DNA of 64,000 nucleotides from a bacterium (GTDB taxonomy: Bacteria > Electryoneota > JAOADG01), in assembly GCA_963681965.1 (NCBI GenBank), contig OY820579.1, forward strand, positions 1,888,001 through 1,952,000, written 5' to 3'. Made by a program: the position numbers and the translations under genes. The stretch's first letter is position 1. Each line of letters starts with the position of its first letter. Positions 20,169-30,937 of the stretch are shown here, in pieces. Below the pieces are notes generated by a model that worked only from the letters and a program-made list of their open reading frames with translations, did not search any database and had not been told where the DNA came from.

Positions 20169-21400
20169 CAGCCGACTCCCCGGATAGCAGCTACTGGATC
20201 GAGTTTCGCTGCTCTTCGCGCCGGATACCACGCAGCTAGCAGCGACAAACCGATTGCAACCAGTGCAATCATCAGAAAATCGGTCAGATACATCTTTATC
20301 GGCATTCGGTCGAGAAAGTAAACATCACCAGGAAGTTTAAAGAAACCAAGCGTTTGCTGAAGCCAGCAGAAGGTAAACCCGAGTAGTGACCCACAAACCG
20401 ACCCGATTCCCCCGATGAGCCCCCCTTCGAGTAAGAATATTCGGGCGATACCCACTTCATCGGCGCCCATCGCTTTCAGAATCCCGATATCGCGTCCTTT
20501 CTCTAGGACCAGCATAACTAAACTACTGATAATATTGACTACAGCAACTAGAATGATTAACGACAGAATAGTGAACGTTGCCCATTTCTCGATCTGGATC
20601 CAAGCAAATAGAGTCCGATTTTGTTCGAACCAAGTCATTGTATAGAGTGGAAATACGATTACCGATTTAATCTGATTGGCAACGGCATCGGCAAGATCGT
20701 ACCGGTCCAATCGAACTTCCATACCGGAAACCGTACCCTCCGGAAGTCCGGCTAGTTGCGCAGCACTGGTAATGTCAATGAACCCGATCGAATTGTCATA
20801 TTCGTAAAATCCTGTACTAAAGATCCCGCGAATAACATATTGTTTAACCTTCGGCATCCATGTTACCGCACCACCCGAAGTCAACAACATCACCGAGTCC
20901 CCGGTAACTGCTCCCAATCGTTCAGCCAGATAATTGCCAAGTAAAATCCCGACACCACCACTACTGTCGCGACCCACCGAAAGAACTCCATCAACCATTT
21001 GACGCTTTAGATCGCTGACAGTTTCAATGGTTTTCTCGTCGATACCTCGGAGCATGACCCCTTCGGTATTTTTCTGGTATCGCAACAATCCACGGACAGA
21101 AACAAATGGTGCCGCACCAATGATGTGTTTGGTTTTTAGTAGAAGATGACGCAAGCTGTCGGAATTGTTAATACCGTTACCGTGAAAACTTTGGATCCGG
21201 AGATGAGCATCGGCACCGATGATCCTTTGCCGGACTTCTTGTTCGAATCCATTCATAACTGAGAGCGTAATCGTAAGTGCCGCTACTCCGACTGTAACCC
21301 CAAGCGCTGCCATAATCGTCATGATCGAGATGAAGCGAGTCTGCTTTCTGCTACGGATGTAGCGGAAAGCGATATAGAGCGATGGGTTGCGTTGAGCCAT
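20168..21400 (-). CDS. lolE: Lipoprotein-releasing ABC transporter permease LolC/E
   Basis: IAFRY, SVMNGF, EK..DIGILKAMGA, YPARRAAKLDP. Confidence 0.88.
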   Translation of the reverse strand: MAQRNPSLYIAFRYIRSRKQTRFISIMTIMAALGVTVGVAALTITLSVMNGFEQEVRQRIIGADAHLRIQSFHGNGINNSDSLRHLLLKTKHIIGAAPFVSVRGLLRYQKNTEGVMLRGIDEKTIETVSDLKRQMVDGVLSVGRDSSGGVGILLGNYLAERLGAVTGDSVMLLTSGGAVTWMPKVKQYVIRGIFSTGFYEYDNSIGFIDITSAAQLAGLPEGTVSGMEVRLDRYDLADAVANQIKSVIVFPLYTMTWFEQNRTLFAWIQIEKWATFTILSLIILVAVVNIISSLVMLVLEKGRDIGILKAMGADEVGIARIFLLEGGLIGGIGSVCGSLLGFTFCWLQQTLGFFKLPGDVYFLDRMPIKMYLTDFLMIALVAIGLSLLAAWYPARRAAKLDPVAAIRGVG

Positions 21401-21469
21401 AAAGTATCGATGGAAGGCGTTCAGTTAGATTGTTTCACTATTAATATTCTAATCCGTTCGGTGCGAATG

Positions 21470-21883
21470 CTACGCTTCGAATCGACTGAAAAACAGAATG
21501 GTTTCAAATCCATCGGGGAGGATCCGCGTTTGTACTGCGCTGCAATAGTGATGCAGAATCAGGAAACCACGACCGTGATCGCGCATCAGATTTTCCGGTG
21601 CAGTAGGATCGGGCAGGGAATTTGGATCAAACCCATGTCCGGAATCTTTTACGTGGATTTGTAGATAATCGGGAAAACTATCGATCGTTATTTCTACCGG
21701 AATTTCCGGATTGGAAAGGTTCCCGTGATGGATCGAATTGTTCACTGCTTCGGTGACAATCAAACCCAGAGTACTACAGCGATGTGGATCAAAACCATTT
21801 GCTATGCCGGCTGCTTCGGCAAATTCTTCGATCTCAGAAAGTCGATTGGGATCGGAGGGAACTTTCAGATAGAAATGCTCACC
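21470..21883 (-). CDS. Anti-sigma factor / Ser kinase (RsbW-like HATPase)
   Basis: EAVNNSIHHGN, DSGHGF, GRG boxes; likely start MGEHF. Confidence 0.85.
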   Translation of the reverse strand, partial: GEHFYLKVPSDPNRLSEIEEFAEAAGIANGFDPHRCSTLGLIVTEAVNNSIHHGNLSNPEIPVEITIDSFPDYLQIHVKDSGHGFDPNSLPDPTAPENLMRDHGRGFLILHHYCSAVQTRILPDGFETILFFSRFEA

Positions 21884-23282
21884 CATTGGATCCTTCCTGA
21901 CCATACACGATTGAAAGCAGCGTCATATCGTCACTGAATTCTTTACCGTTTAAATGAGTCGCTGCGGCGCGTCGAACGGTATCGATCACTGTTTGTGCGT
22001 TTGGTCCTTGAAGTTCTTTAACGGTATCCACCAATCGTTTGATACCGAACATTCCTTGCGAATTGGATTCTGCTTCAGTGACACCATCAGTATAAAGCAG
22101 CAGATGATCGCCCGGATTAAATTCAATGCGGGTCTCTTCCCATTCCCCTTCGGGAAATGCGCCTACTGGAACACCACCTCGAGACAGTAGTTCAACCTCG
22201 CCATTACTGCGAAAGAGAATGCCGGGATTGTGTCCAGCATTGGTATAAGTTAGGATTTGTTTATTGCAATCGATAACACCGTAGAAAAGCGTTACAAATT
22301 CGCCCGGACGCGATGTAGAATGGAGGAATCGATTGATATGGTCGATGATCTGACCGATTGCGTATGTGTTTCTTGCTTCGACTCGAAGCGAACCGCGCAA
22401 CCCCGCCATGATCAGTGCTGCTGGTACCCCTTTTCCGGCAACATCGGCAATTACAATCCCGACATCTTTATCGGTTAACGGAAAGAAATCGTAATAATCA
22501 CCACCAACCAATTCCGACGGGTAACTATACCCTTTCATCTCGAGACCGTATAGCTCATCATCGGCAGGGAGGAGGGATTGTTGAATTCTTCGTGCAACAG
22601 CTAGTTCTTCGTTGATGCGCTGTTGGTGTAAGACCTGATGATACATCTGAGCACGTTCGATGGCAACTGCCGCATTCGAGGCTAGCGTAGCAACTAAATC
22701 GGCATCGTCGTTGTCGTATGCATTGAGATTGTTCGATTCTAAATTGAATACGCCGATAACTTCACCGGTTGCCTGAGAAAACATCGGTACTGCCAGCTCG
22801 CTACGGGTTCCGATCCGAGCCGAGATATAATTCGGATCTTTTCGAACATCGGGGATGCACTCGGTTCGTCCCGTCTGAACGATGCGTCCAACGATACCTT
22901 CACCTAGTTTTTGATGCACTTTCTCGTAAGCATCGGTTAAATATCCTCGAAGATACTCGGCGGCGATTTCATTATGATCGACGATCAACACGGCAACCGC
23001 ATCGAATGGAATAATTTTCGCCAAACCATCGACGATTTGTGTCAAAATATCGTCGAGACCGATCGCACGCGAAAGCGACATGGCTACTTCGGAGAATAAC
23101 TCGTATCGCATCCGTTGCGATTCGGATTTATCCCAAGCTGCCAAAGAAAGGTGAATTGAGGAGAGTAATTCTTGATTCTGCTCGAAATCGGTCGATCGAA
23201 GGTTTCGTTCGACAGTTTCGAGTCGCGAGTGAATTCGCTTTAGGAGCGCTTGCTCCTCGGTTAATTGGAACGCTTTGCGCAT
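21879..23282 (-). CDS. GAF + SpoIIE (PP2C) phosphatase, RsbU-like
   Basis: GAF (GEGIVG, SELAVP); VGGDYYD, IADVAGKG, NAGH, YTDG, DD. Confidence 0.92.
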   Translation of the reverse strand: MRKAFQLTEEQALLKRIHSRLETVERNLRSTDFEQNQELLSSIHLSLAAWDKSESQRMRYELFSEVAMSLSRAIGLDDILTQIVDGLAKIIPFDAVAVLIVDHNEIAAEYLRGYLTDAYEKVHQKLGEGIVGRIVQTGRTECIPDVRKDPNYISARIGTRSELAVPMFSQATGEVIGVFNLESNNLNAYDNDDADLVATLASNAAVAIERAQMYHQVLHQQRINEELAVARRIQQSLLPADDELYGLEMKGYSYPSELVGGDYYDFFPLTDKDVGIVIADVAGKGVPAALIMAGLRGSLRVEARNTYAIGQIIDHINRFLHSTSRPGEFVTLFYGVIDCNKQILTYTNAGHNPGILFRSNGEVELLSRGGVPVGAFPEGEWEETRIEFNPGDHLLLYTDGVTEAESNSQGMFGIKRLVDTVKELQGPNAQTVIDTVRRAAATHLNGKEFSDDMTLLSIVYGQEGSNG

Positions 23283-23292
23283 GATAGATTGA

Positions 23293-23637
23293 TTAGACGC
23301 GAGTCAAAGCTTCTTCGACGGTCGGAGAAGTTTGGAAGATACTGCTTAACCGAGTCATGACTAGAACCGATTCGATTTTACCGGTAACGCGCGCGAGGTA
23401 AAGTGAGCCTCCGGCATTCGTTATCGAAGTCAAACTTCCGATCAACATGCCTAGACCCATTGAATTCATCCATTCAACTTCACCCAGGTCGATAACATAT
23501 TTCTTGAAGCCACCGGCGATATTCGCTTTGATTTCGTCGGCAACTTCAGACGATTCCGGTCCACCCATCAATTTTCCACGTAAATGAAGTACAACTACTT
23601 CGCCGAATACTGCCGATTTGTGTCTTGTCATTGGCAT
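23293..23637 (-). CDS. STAS-domain anti-sigma factor antagonist (RsbV-like)
   Basis: VIDLGEVEWMNSMGLG with phospho-acceptor Ser. Confidence 0.88.
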   Translation of the reverse strand: MPMTRHKSAVFGEVVVLHLRGKLMGGPESSEVADEIKANIAGGFKKYVIDLGEVEWMNSMGLGMLIGSLTSITNAGGSLYLARVTGKIESVLVMTRLSSIFQTSPTVEEALTRV

Positions 23638-23771
23638 ATCTGCCTCCTTATCGAATACCTAAAGTAGGGGGTGGAAAGAGGCTAAGCAACCGGAGTTGCC
23701 CATCTAGCTCAATCACCTTATTTTAATTGTTTCAGCAATCGATAATATAATCGCAATTTCAGGAGGATGCA

Positions 23772-25586
23772 TTGAAAAGCGGTATTCGCTATTTCTGGTT
23801 ATTACCTGTCGGGGTAATTCTAATGATGATCGTGATTGGGTGTAGTCACGATCCGGTAATTGCAACAGTTGGAAAATTAAAGATTTATGAAAGTAATCTT
23901 AAGCCCGAAGTGATTCGTCGCGTTCGCGGTGAAGAGAATGCGGCTTTCATGCCCTTGGCAAACCGGTTAGAGCTGCTGGATGGAATTGTTGTCAAGAAAC
24001 TGAAATTGCAGGATGCGTTCGAGCGAAAAATCGATCAGCGCCCGGAATTGGTTCGTGAACGACAAGATCTGTTGTTAAGCAATGCACAACGCCTCCTCTA
24101 CGACAAGGAAGTTCGCGACAAAGTAATTAAGGAATCTGAAGTTAAAGACTTCTGGAAACACATGGACGAAGAAGTCCGGGCTAGCCACATCTTAATCAAA
24201 ATGCCAAAAGATGCGAACAAGATCGAACAGGATGTTTTGAAGAAACGCATCGATTCAATCTATACCTCAGTGACTAAGTCAGGTGCCGATTTTACTGCGA
24301 TCGCTCAACGAACGACCGATGATATCACTACACGCGATGGCGATATCGGGTACTTCCGCTGGGGTCGGATGGTCGATGAATTCCAGTCGGCTGTTTGGTC
24401 ATTGAAAAAAGATGAAATTTCTAAACCATTCAAAACTAGCTATGGCTGGCATATTGCCAAGTTGACCGATCGACGGAAAATCGAACGCCGATCTTATGAC
24501 GAAAGTCGCGATATGGTGTATCAGCAGTTAATGCAGATCCATCGCAACGACTTGATGAAGAAGGCGCAGGAATTTCTTGAGAAACTGTATCAGCGGTACA
24601 ATCTGTTAGTTAAACGAGAAAATATCGCAATGATCGCGGCAAAATTACCGCCGTCGAATCTTACTGCAACCGATCCGTTTGCTTTATTATCCGAAACCGA
24701 AAAAGATCTTCCGCTGGTTTCCTTCAAACCCGGTAAGAACAACTTCGGATCATTCTCCGAGAAGCCGTATTACAAACAGGGAAAAGCCACCGTGCGCTCG
24801 TTGATCGAACGGTTCGCTACCAGTGGTCGTCCCGCTCCAGTGAGTGATAGTGCTGCTTTAAGGGAATTTGCTCAACAAATGGTCGGCGAATGGATCTTGG
24901 GCGACTATGTGATAGAGAAGAATCTTACAAAAGATAAGAAGATTGTCGAAGAGACCGACAAGAGTATGGAGAATGACGTCATTGCTCGCGTGGAAGCCGA
25001 GCAAGTGACCGATCGGGTTGCTCATCCAACCGATGCCGAGTTGCAAACCTATTTGACGCAGAACATGTCACGCTTCGTTTCCATGCCGGCAGTCGATTTA
25101 ATTGAAGTTCTCTTTTCCGATGAGGCTTCGGCGAACAAATACGCGGCAACTGCACATAAACGCGGAAAGATTTCCGAAGCTGAAGCAGCTAAGTTAACAA
25201 AACGTGTCACCGGTGGTCCGAAGAAGGGCTTCTTGGCAAAAGTTTCTCCATCGATGTTTGGGAATATCGGTGCCTATGCAAGCCGCGCGAAAGTGGGCGA
25301 AGTGGTTGGTCCGATCAAAGAAGGTCCCAATTTCAGTGTCTTCCAAGTGAAAACTCGCTATCCTCAGGAACCCCTGACATTAGAAACCGGACGGGATCAA
25401 ATTACTTCTGCATACAAGCAAGAACGTAGCAGTCAATTGATGAAAGAATGGGTCACATCGCTCCGAACGAAGTACAAAACGACAATCATCGAAGAGCGGG
25501 TGAAGGCAATGTTTGGTGGTGTCAAACAACCTGATTCGACCAAAACGAAGGGTAGTCCGATCAAACCACCGCTTGGTGGTCGATAA
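23772..25586 (+). CDS. PpiC-type peptidylprolyl isomerase lipoprotein
   Basis: Lipobox VIGC; VRASHILI, GDIGYF...FKTSYGWHI. Confidence 0.85.
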   Translation: MKSGIRYFWLLPVGVILMMIVIGCSHDPVIATVGKLKIYESNLKPEVIRRVRGEENAAFMPLANRLELLDGIVVKKLKLQDAFERKIDQRPELVRERQDLLLSNAQRLLYDKEVRDKVIKESEVKDFWKHMDEEVRASHILIKMPKDANKIEQDVLKKRIDSIYTSVTKSGADFTAIAQRTTDDITTRDGDIGYFRWGRMVDEFQSAVWSLKKDEISKPFKTSYGWHIAKLTDRRKIERRSYDESRDMVYQQLMQIHRNDLMKKAQEFLEKLYQRYNLLVKRENIAMIAAKLPPSNLTATDPFALLSETEKDLPLVSFKPGKNNFGSFSEKPYYKQGKATVRSLIERFATSGRPAPVSDSAALREFAQQMVGEWILGDYVIEKNLTKDKKIVEETDKSMENDVIARVEAEQVTDRVAHPTDAELQTYLTQNMSRFVSMPAVDLIEVLFSDEASANKYAATAHKRGKISEAEAAKLTKRVTGGPKKGFLAKVSPSMFGNIGAYASRAKVGEVVGPIKEGPNFSVFQVKTRYPQEPLTLETGRDQITSAYKQERSSQLMKEWVTSLRTKYKTTIIEERVKAMFGGVKQPDSTKTKGSPIKPPLGGR

Positions 25587-25631
25587 GCGAGTAGTATTCG
25601 CAGTGATCGAACCCAATCGATAGGGTAGGCG

Positions 25632-26579
25632 TTGAAACTAAGAATTACTATTCGGTTAGTGATTATTATCGGCGTGGTTGTACTCCTGCTTGTGGGTTGC
25701 AACTCGCGTTCGAATGATCGATTATTGGCGCAAGTCGGTACCTCGAGACTTTGGGAATCCGACTTGCGTCAAATGCTACCGAAAGATCGTCGAGCAATAT
25801 CGGTAGGAGAACTACAATCGACTGTCAATCGCTGGGTTGAGCATCAGTTGCTATTTCAAGAGGCGATGCGTCGCGATTTGACCGAAGATAAAATCTATAA
25901 ACAACAATTGCGCAAAATTCGCGAAGAGTTGATAATATCCCGGTTACGAGAAACAATTATCTCCGATTCTTTTCCCGACGATCAAACATTGAAAGCATAC
26001 TACGCGCGGACACCGACATTGTGGGTGACCCAGACTCCGGAGGTACGCGGTTGGTTTTGGCAATCGACCGACGAGAAGGAAATCACGTCGCTTTGGCGTC
26101 AAACCAGAACAGACTTGGCACCGACCGGCGGAGTCGAATTCGACTGGATGCCGGTATCGAGATTAGGACCATTGACACAAGATCTACTTCGATTGTCGCC
26201 GGGATTTTTTACTCAGCCTGAGCGCTGGGGAAATCGCTGGTTCTTTGTTCAATTAGCCGATCGCCGCGCTGCCGGAGTAGTAAAACCATTTGGCGAAGTA
26301 CGGGAAGAAGTACAATTACACTATTTAATTGATCGCCGCGATGCGAAAATCGATTCACTCACGGCATCGATTCGAAGACGGTTAATTGATAAGAATCAAT
26401 TCTCGATTGCCGATCTATCCGATCTAGCGTATCAAGATCGGTCCAAATCGTATCTCAATTCACCATCTACTTCCCCAAAGCCGGCAGTTTCACCATCACC
26501 GAAACCTGAATCGATGGATGGCGAAGCGATCGAAGAGTTGTTCCGGGATATGGAAAAGTCCGAGCGAAAAGGGAAATAA
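25632..26579 (+). CDS. Degenerate PPIase / SurA-N-like lipoprotein
   Basis: Lipobox LVGC; LAQVG, RWVEHQLLFQEA, PFGEVREEV; sits between two PPIases. Confidence 0.6.
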   Translation: MKLRITIRLVIIIGVVVLLLVGCNSRSNDRLLAQVGTSRLWESDLRQMLPKDRRAISVGELQSTVNRWVEHQLLFQEAMRRDLTEDKIYKQQLRKIREELIISRLRETIISDSFPDDQTLKAYYARTPTLWVTQTPEVRGWFWQSTDEKEITSLWRQTRTDLAPTGGVEFDWMPVSRLGPLTQDLLRLSPGFFTQPERWGNRWFFVQLADRRAAGVVKPFGEVREEVQLHYLIDRRDAKIDSLTASIRRRLIDKNQFSIADLSDLAYQDRSKSYLNSPSTSPKPAVSPSPKPESMDGEAIEELFRDMEKSERKGK

Positions 26580-26622
26580 AAAATTCGCTATTGATTAATT
26601 TTACGTTCGCGTAGAAGGAAAA

Positions 26623-27897
26623 ATGAAACCAGTATTTTTAGGTTTGTTATGGTGTTTATTTGCGGTTTCCGGTTGGGCAGATGAAACGATCGATCGGATC
26701 GTGGCGCAGGTTGGCGACGATCCAATTTTGGAAACGGAATTACTGCAAGCAGCGATGTTGGAAGCACAGAATTCTGGAATTGATCTCTCGAAAGACGATT
26801 CTAAATTGGATTCGCTGAAACATCAGGTATTGAAATCGATCGTCGATTTTCGAGTCTTATTGGAAGTAGCAAAAAAAGATACCAATATCAAAGTTGCGGA
26901 AGCCGAAGCCAAAGGCAAAGCGGATGAAGATTATCAGCGGATGAGCCGGCAGGTTGGCGGTGAAGCGGCCTTGGCAGAACGATTTGGCATGCCGACTCGG
27001 AAGATCAAAAAGACCCTTGAAGACAATGCGCGAAATCAACTGTATGTGCAGCGCTATTCCGAATCGAAACTGAATAATCTTCGCGTGACGAAAGAGGAAG
27101 TCGAGAAATTCTGGAAGGATAATCAATCGCAATTTCCCGAGCTACCCCCGGCAATTCGGTTGGAAAATATTTTAATTACTGTGAAACCAACCGATGAATC
27201 GCGAACGAATGCGCTGAAACGAGCCGATTCGATCGCTACTCTTGCCCAACATGGAAGCGATTTTGCGGAATTGGCAAAAAAATTATCCGACGACGAAATG
27301 TCTGCGAAAACGGGTGGGGATCTTGGCGAATCGACACGCGGAACATTTCTTCCGGAATTCGAAGCTGCGTCATTTAAACTGTCCGAAGATGGAATCAGCG
27401 ATCCGATAGAAACATCTTACGGATTCCACATTATTAAATTACATTGGAAACGGGGCAACAAATTCCATGTTTCCCATATTCTGGTTTCTTTGCGTCCGAC
27501 AGCTTCCGATAGTGCCGCAACAAAATTACTGGTAAAGAATATTTCCGATTCATTGAAAGCCGGTATCGCTTTCGAAAAATTGGCAAAAACGTATTCGCAC
27601 GATATTGAAACTGCTAGCCGAAATGGCGATATGGGCTGGTTCGATAAATCGAAAATTCCCGACCAGTTTGCCGAGCCGGTAAAATCGCTGAAACTGGGAG
27701 AATGGGTCGGACCGATTACGATCAAAGGTGGATTTCATTTCCTTAAACTCGCTGAGAGCCGCGATCGACGAAAACCCGATATTAAACTTGATTGGGATCG
27801 TATCGAACGCATTGCTCAAGCCAATGCACGTACCGACGCTTACCAAAAATTGGTTGATAATCTTCGAAAAGATGTTTTCATTCAGTTCCGGAAATAA
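26623..27897 (+). CDS. surA: SurA-like chaperone / peptidylprolyl isomerase
   Basis: IDRIVAQVG N-domain; two parvulin domains (FAELAKKLSDD..GGDLG; SHIL..GDMGW). Confidence 0.8.
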   Translation: MKPVFLGLLWCLFAVSGWADETIDRIVAQVGDDPILETELLQAAMLEAQNSGIDLSKDDSKLDSLKHQVLKSIVDFRVLLEVAKKDTNIKVAEAEAKGKADEDYQRMSRQVGGEAALAERFGMPTRKIKKTLEDNARNQLYVQRYSESKLNNLRVTKEEVEKFWKDNQSQFPELPPAIRLENILITVKPTDESRTNALKRADSIATLAQHGSDFAELAKKLSDDEMSAKTGGDLGESTRGTFLPEFEAASFKLSEDGISDPIETSYGFHIIKLHWKRGNKFHVSHILVSLRPTASDSAATKLLVKNISDSLKAGIAFEKLAKTYSHDIETASRNGDMGWFDKSKIPDQFAEPVKSLKLGEWVGPITIKGGFHFLKLAESRDRRKPDIKLDWDRIERIAQANARTDAYQKLVDNLRKDVFIQFRK

Positions 27898-27908
27898 CCG
27901 AGGTCGAT

Positions 27909-28688
27909 ATGCTTTTGAATTCCAGTTGGAAGCTACTCCTTCTTCTGCTTATTGCCTCAACTCTGGCAATGGCGCAAGATACTTCTTTCGATGATGAGGA
28001 ATTTCAGCCGATCAAAGGGCATCCCGGATTTTTCGCCTCCGGCGGTTTGATCATGCAAACTCTTACACCGGATCTGACACCGATCAATGATGAAATCGCA
28101 AGAATGGGGATTCCGAAGCTCAAAAAGACAATGTTCCTAACGGGCTTTCAAGCATTCGGTTCGGTTCAGAAATTTCGGATCGGTATTTTTTATCTATTCG
28201 GATCAAATTCTACTTCCGGTACTGTGCAAGATACCACTTCTAACGGCGCCGCAGTTTTTCCAAAGCGGGATGTCAGTCTTACCGCATCGATAACCGGAAT
28301 CTCAACCGGATATCGGATCACCTTACCGAATTCAATTGAATTAGAACCGGGACTTTGGTTGGGGTATAGTTCAATGCAACTCGAATTAATGCAGCGGTTG
28401 GGTGACGGAGAATGGAGTGATGCTTGGGAGCCATTTCAACGATACAGTTCGAGCGCGGTGAGCAATCATACCCAGATGACGTTGAAAACTTCTTATTATT
28501 TTGTTCAACCTGGTGTACTTGTACGGTATTATCCAAAATCGTGGTTGGCGATCGGGATCGGTGCTCAATATGTTCTTCCCCTATCAAACCCGAATAAATG
28601 GAAATTTGGAGGCGAAACAATTTCGAACGGAAAAAAAGTCGATGTGGGGAGTGCAAACGGAGTTTTAACAGTCTCTTTTGGAATTTAA
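27909..28688 (+). CDS. Putative outer-membrane beta-barrel protein
   Basis: Signal peptide; alternating aromatic/Gly beta-strands; ends LTVSFGI. Confidence 0.6.
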   Translation: MLLNSSWKLLLLLLIASTLAMAQDTSFDDEEFQPIKGHPGFFASGGLIMQTLTPDLTPINDEIARMGIPKLKKTMFLTGFQAFGSVQKFRIGIFYLFGSNSTSGTVQDTTSNGAAVFPKRDVSLTASITGISTGYRITLPNSIELEPGLWLGYSSMQLELMQRLGDGEWSDAWEPFQRYSSSAVSNHTQMTLKTSYYFVQPGVLVRYYPKSWLAIGIGAQYVLPLSNPNKWKFGGETISNGKKVDVGSANGVLTVSFGI

Positions 28689-28807
28689 GATGTATTATAT
28701 GTCTGTCTGGATAGAACGTGGGGTGCTTTCCAGCACCCCTCTATCTCTATCTTTTTTACAAGAATAACGATAGACAACAGTAAGTAACTTCAATTCGAGG
28801 ATAAGTA

Positions 28808-30526
28808 ATGAAACGGTTTGAAATGCGGGTCGATCCACTTACCCAGGAAGTGTTCTACGCGATTGGAACCAAAGGGTACTCGTTAATGGAAGATCCGTTG
28901 CTTAATAAAGGGAGTGCCTTTACCAATTCCGAACGGGTGGAATTTGGTTTGACCGGTTTGCTTGCGGAATCGGTTGGAACACTTGATATGCAGCTAGCGC
29001 GTGCCTATGGCAATTATCAGGCAAAAAGCACTGATATGGAACGCTACATCACCTTGATGGGTCTGCTAGACCGCAATGAAACGTTGTTTTATGCCCTGCT
29101 GACGAAACACATCTCGGAAATGCTACCGATCGTTTATACCCCCACTGTCGGACAAGCGTGCTTGAAAATGTCGCACATTATTCGACGATACCGGGGTTTA
29201 TACGTTTCCGAAAACAATATTCACAGTGCAGAGGAAATGCTTCACAACGTCGGATTACCGGATGTATCGCTCATCGTTGTGACAGACGGAGAACGCATTC
29301 TAGGATTAGGCGATTTGGGTGTCGATGGAATGGGTATCCCGATTGGTAAACTAGCTCTCTATGTCGCAGCGGCAGGAATTCATCCCGCATCTACACTCCC
29401 AATTTGTCTAGACGTTGGAACTAATAACGAACGGTTGTTGAACGATCCGATCTATATCGGAACCCGCAAACCACGCATGACCGGAGACGCGTATTACGAT
29501 TTTATTGAACGATTTGTTCAAGGTGTCAGACGTGTTTATCCGAGAGCACTGTTGCAATGGGAAGATTTTGGTAAATCGAATGCATTCAATCTATTACATC
29601 GATATCAAAATCGTTTACCCAGTTTTAACGACGATATTCAAGGAACGGGTGCAACCGCTGCCTCGGCACTTCTAACTGCAAAGAAAATCACAGGTCGAAA
29701 ACTCTCCGATGAGCGAATCGCTATCTTGGGTTTCGGTCAGGCTGGAAGTGGGGTTGCAAATGCGATCGCAACTAGTATCGAGCGTGAAGAAGGACTATCT
29801 ATCGAAGAAGCCAGAAAAAATATCTATCCCGTTGATATAAATGGTTTATTGCTCGAAGGAATGGAAGTTGAACCACACCAACAGTATTTCGTTCATGCGC
29901 AGGCTGAAATTGCGAATTGGAAATTCGATAAGTCACGACCACCTCAACTCCAAGATGTCATCGAGAATGCGAAAATCACCGTATTGATTGGTCTATCGGC
30001 GCAAACGGGTATTTTTGATCAACATATTTTGGAAAGTGTTGGGAAAAATTCGGATCGACCGATCGTATTTGCCTTGTCGAATCCGACCTCGCGCTCTGAA
30101 ACAACCCCGGAAGCAATCGCAACAGCGACCAATGGGCGTGCTTTAATGGGTTTCGGCAGCCCGTTTACCCCATTCGATTACGGAAACTTCCATCATCCCT
30201 GTACTCAGTGTAACAATCTCTATATCTTCCCGGGTGTTGGTCTGGGAGCGATTGTCGCACAGGCAACGAAGGTTACCCCCAGGATGTTCTATGCTGCCAG
30301 CAAAGCGCTTTCCGAATTGGTCTCGGCAGAGGAAAGAGCGAAAAATATGCTTTTACCCGGGTTAGATGATATCCGCCACGTTTCGTTTGAAGTCGCGTTA
30401 GCTGTTGGAAAACAAGCACGCGAAGATGGAATCGGGGTAGACATTAGCGATGTCAGATTGGCGCAACTGCTTCGCGATGCCATGTGGGAACCTCACTATT
30501 ATAACTATCGATTTACCAGATACTAA
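28808..30526 (+). CDS. maeA: NAD-dependent malic enzyme
   Basis: NKGSAF, YTPTVG, VTDGERILGLGD, QWEDF, FNDDIQGT, ALSNPT, QCNN. Confidence 0.95.
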   Translation: MKRFEMRVDPLTQEVFYAIGTKGYSLMEDPLLNKGSAFTNSERVEFGLTGLLAESVGTLDMQLARAYGNYQAKSTDMERYITLMGLLDRNETLFYALLTKHISEMLPIVYTPTVGQACLKMSHIIRRYRGLYVSENNIHSAEEMLHNVGLPDVSLIVVTDGERILGLGDLGVDGMGIPIGKLALYVAAAGIHPASTLPICLDVGTNNERLLNDPIYIGTRKPRMTGDAYYDFIERFVQGVRRVYPRALLQWEDFGKSNAFNLLHRYQNRLPSFNDDIQGTGATAASALLTAKKITGRKLSDERIAILGFGQAGSGVANAIATSIEREEGLSIEEARKNIYPVDINGLLLEGMEVEPHQQYFVHAQAEIANWKFDKSRPPQLQDVIENAKITVLIGLSAQTGIFDQHILESVGKNSDRPIVFALSNPTSRSETTPEAIATATNGRALMGFGSPFTPFDYGNFHHPCTQCNNLYIFPGVGLGAIVAQATKVTPRMFYAASKALSELVSAEERAKNMLLPGLDDIRHVSFEVALAVGKQAREDGIGVDISDVRLAQLLRDAMWEPHYYNYRFTRY

Positions 30527-30546
30527 TACTGTTTAATCTTATCAAG

Positions 30547-30580
30547 AACGGGTAGGTTTTATCGAACCTACCCGTTTAAT
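30547..30580 (+). terminator. Rho-independent terminator
   Basis: AACGGGTAGGTT-TTATCG-AACCTACCCGTT then AT-rich tail. Confidence 0.7.
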
Positions 30581-30735
30581 TTATATAAGATCATAAAGCT
30601 AAAGTGAATATAAAGTTAGAACTAATGTGGCAAGATAATTTTCCGTAAGCTTAACATCGCTTTTTTTTGACTGGAAACTTGTTACCTTCAGAGTGGTAGC
30701 AATACTCTTAAGGTGTTCTTATCAGTTTTTATCGT

Positions 30736-30763
30736 TAAGGTGTATCGTTACAACTGTCGATAA
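30736..30763 (+). promoter_or_regulatory. Possible sigma-28 (FliA) promoter for the chemosensory operon
   Basis: TAAG-N16-GTCGATAA versus consensus TAAA-N15/16-GCCGATAA. Confidence 0.35.
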
Positions 30764-30937
30764 TAGCACTGAGTACTACTTTTTCACGACTTGATCGATC
30801 AGTAAACAAGCGCGGCTACTGATTGATGGTTATTTGTCTTCAGTATGCGTAACCATGAAAGCGTGTCATGTCGATCTAGTCGGAAAGTAATCGACGAATT
30901 TGTTTGTAAAGTAATCTACTTTGACCGGAGGCGTCCA

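Noticed and set aside
30811-30865. Hammerhead ribozyme (CTGATTGA...stem...GAAA)
   Set aside because: The core deviates from CUGANGA and stems I and III cannot be formed convincingly.
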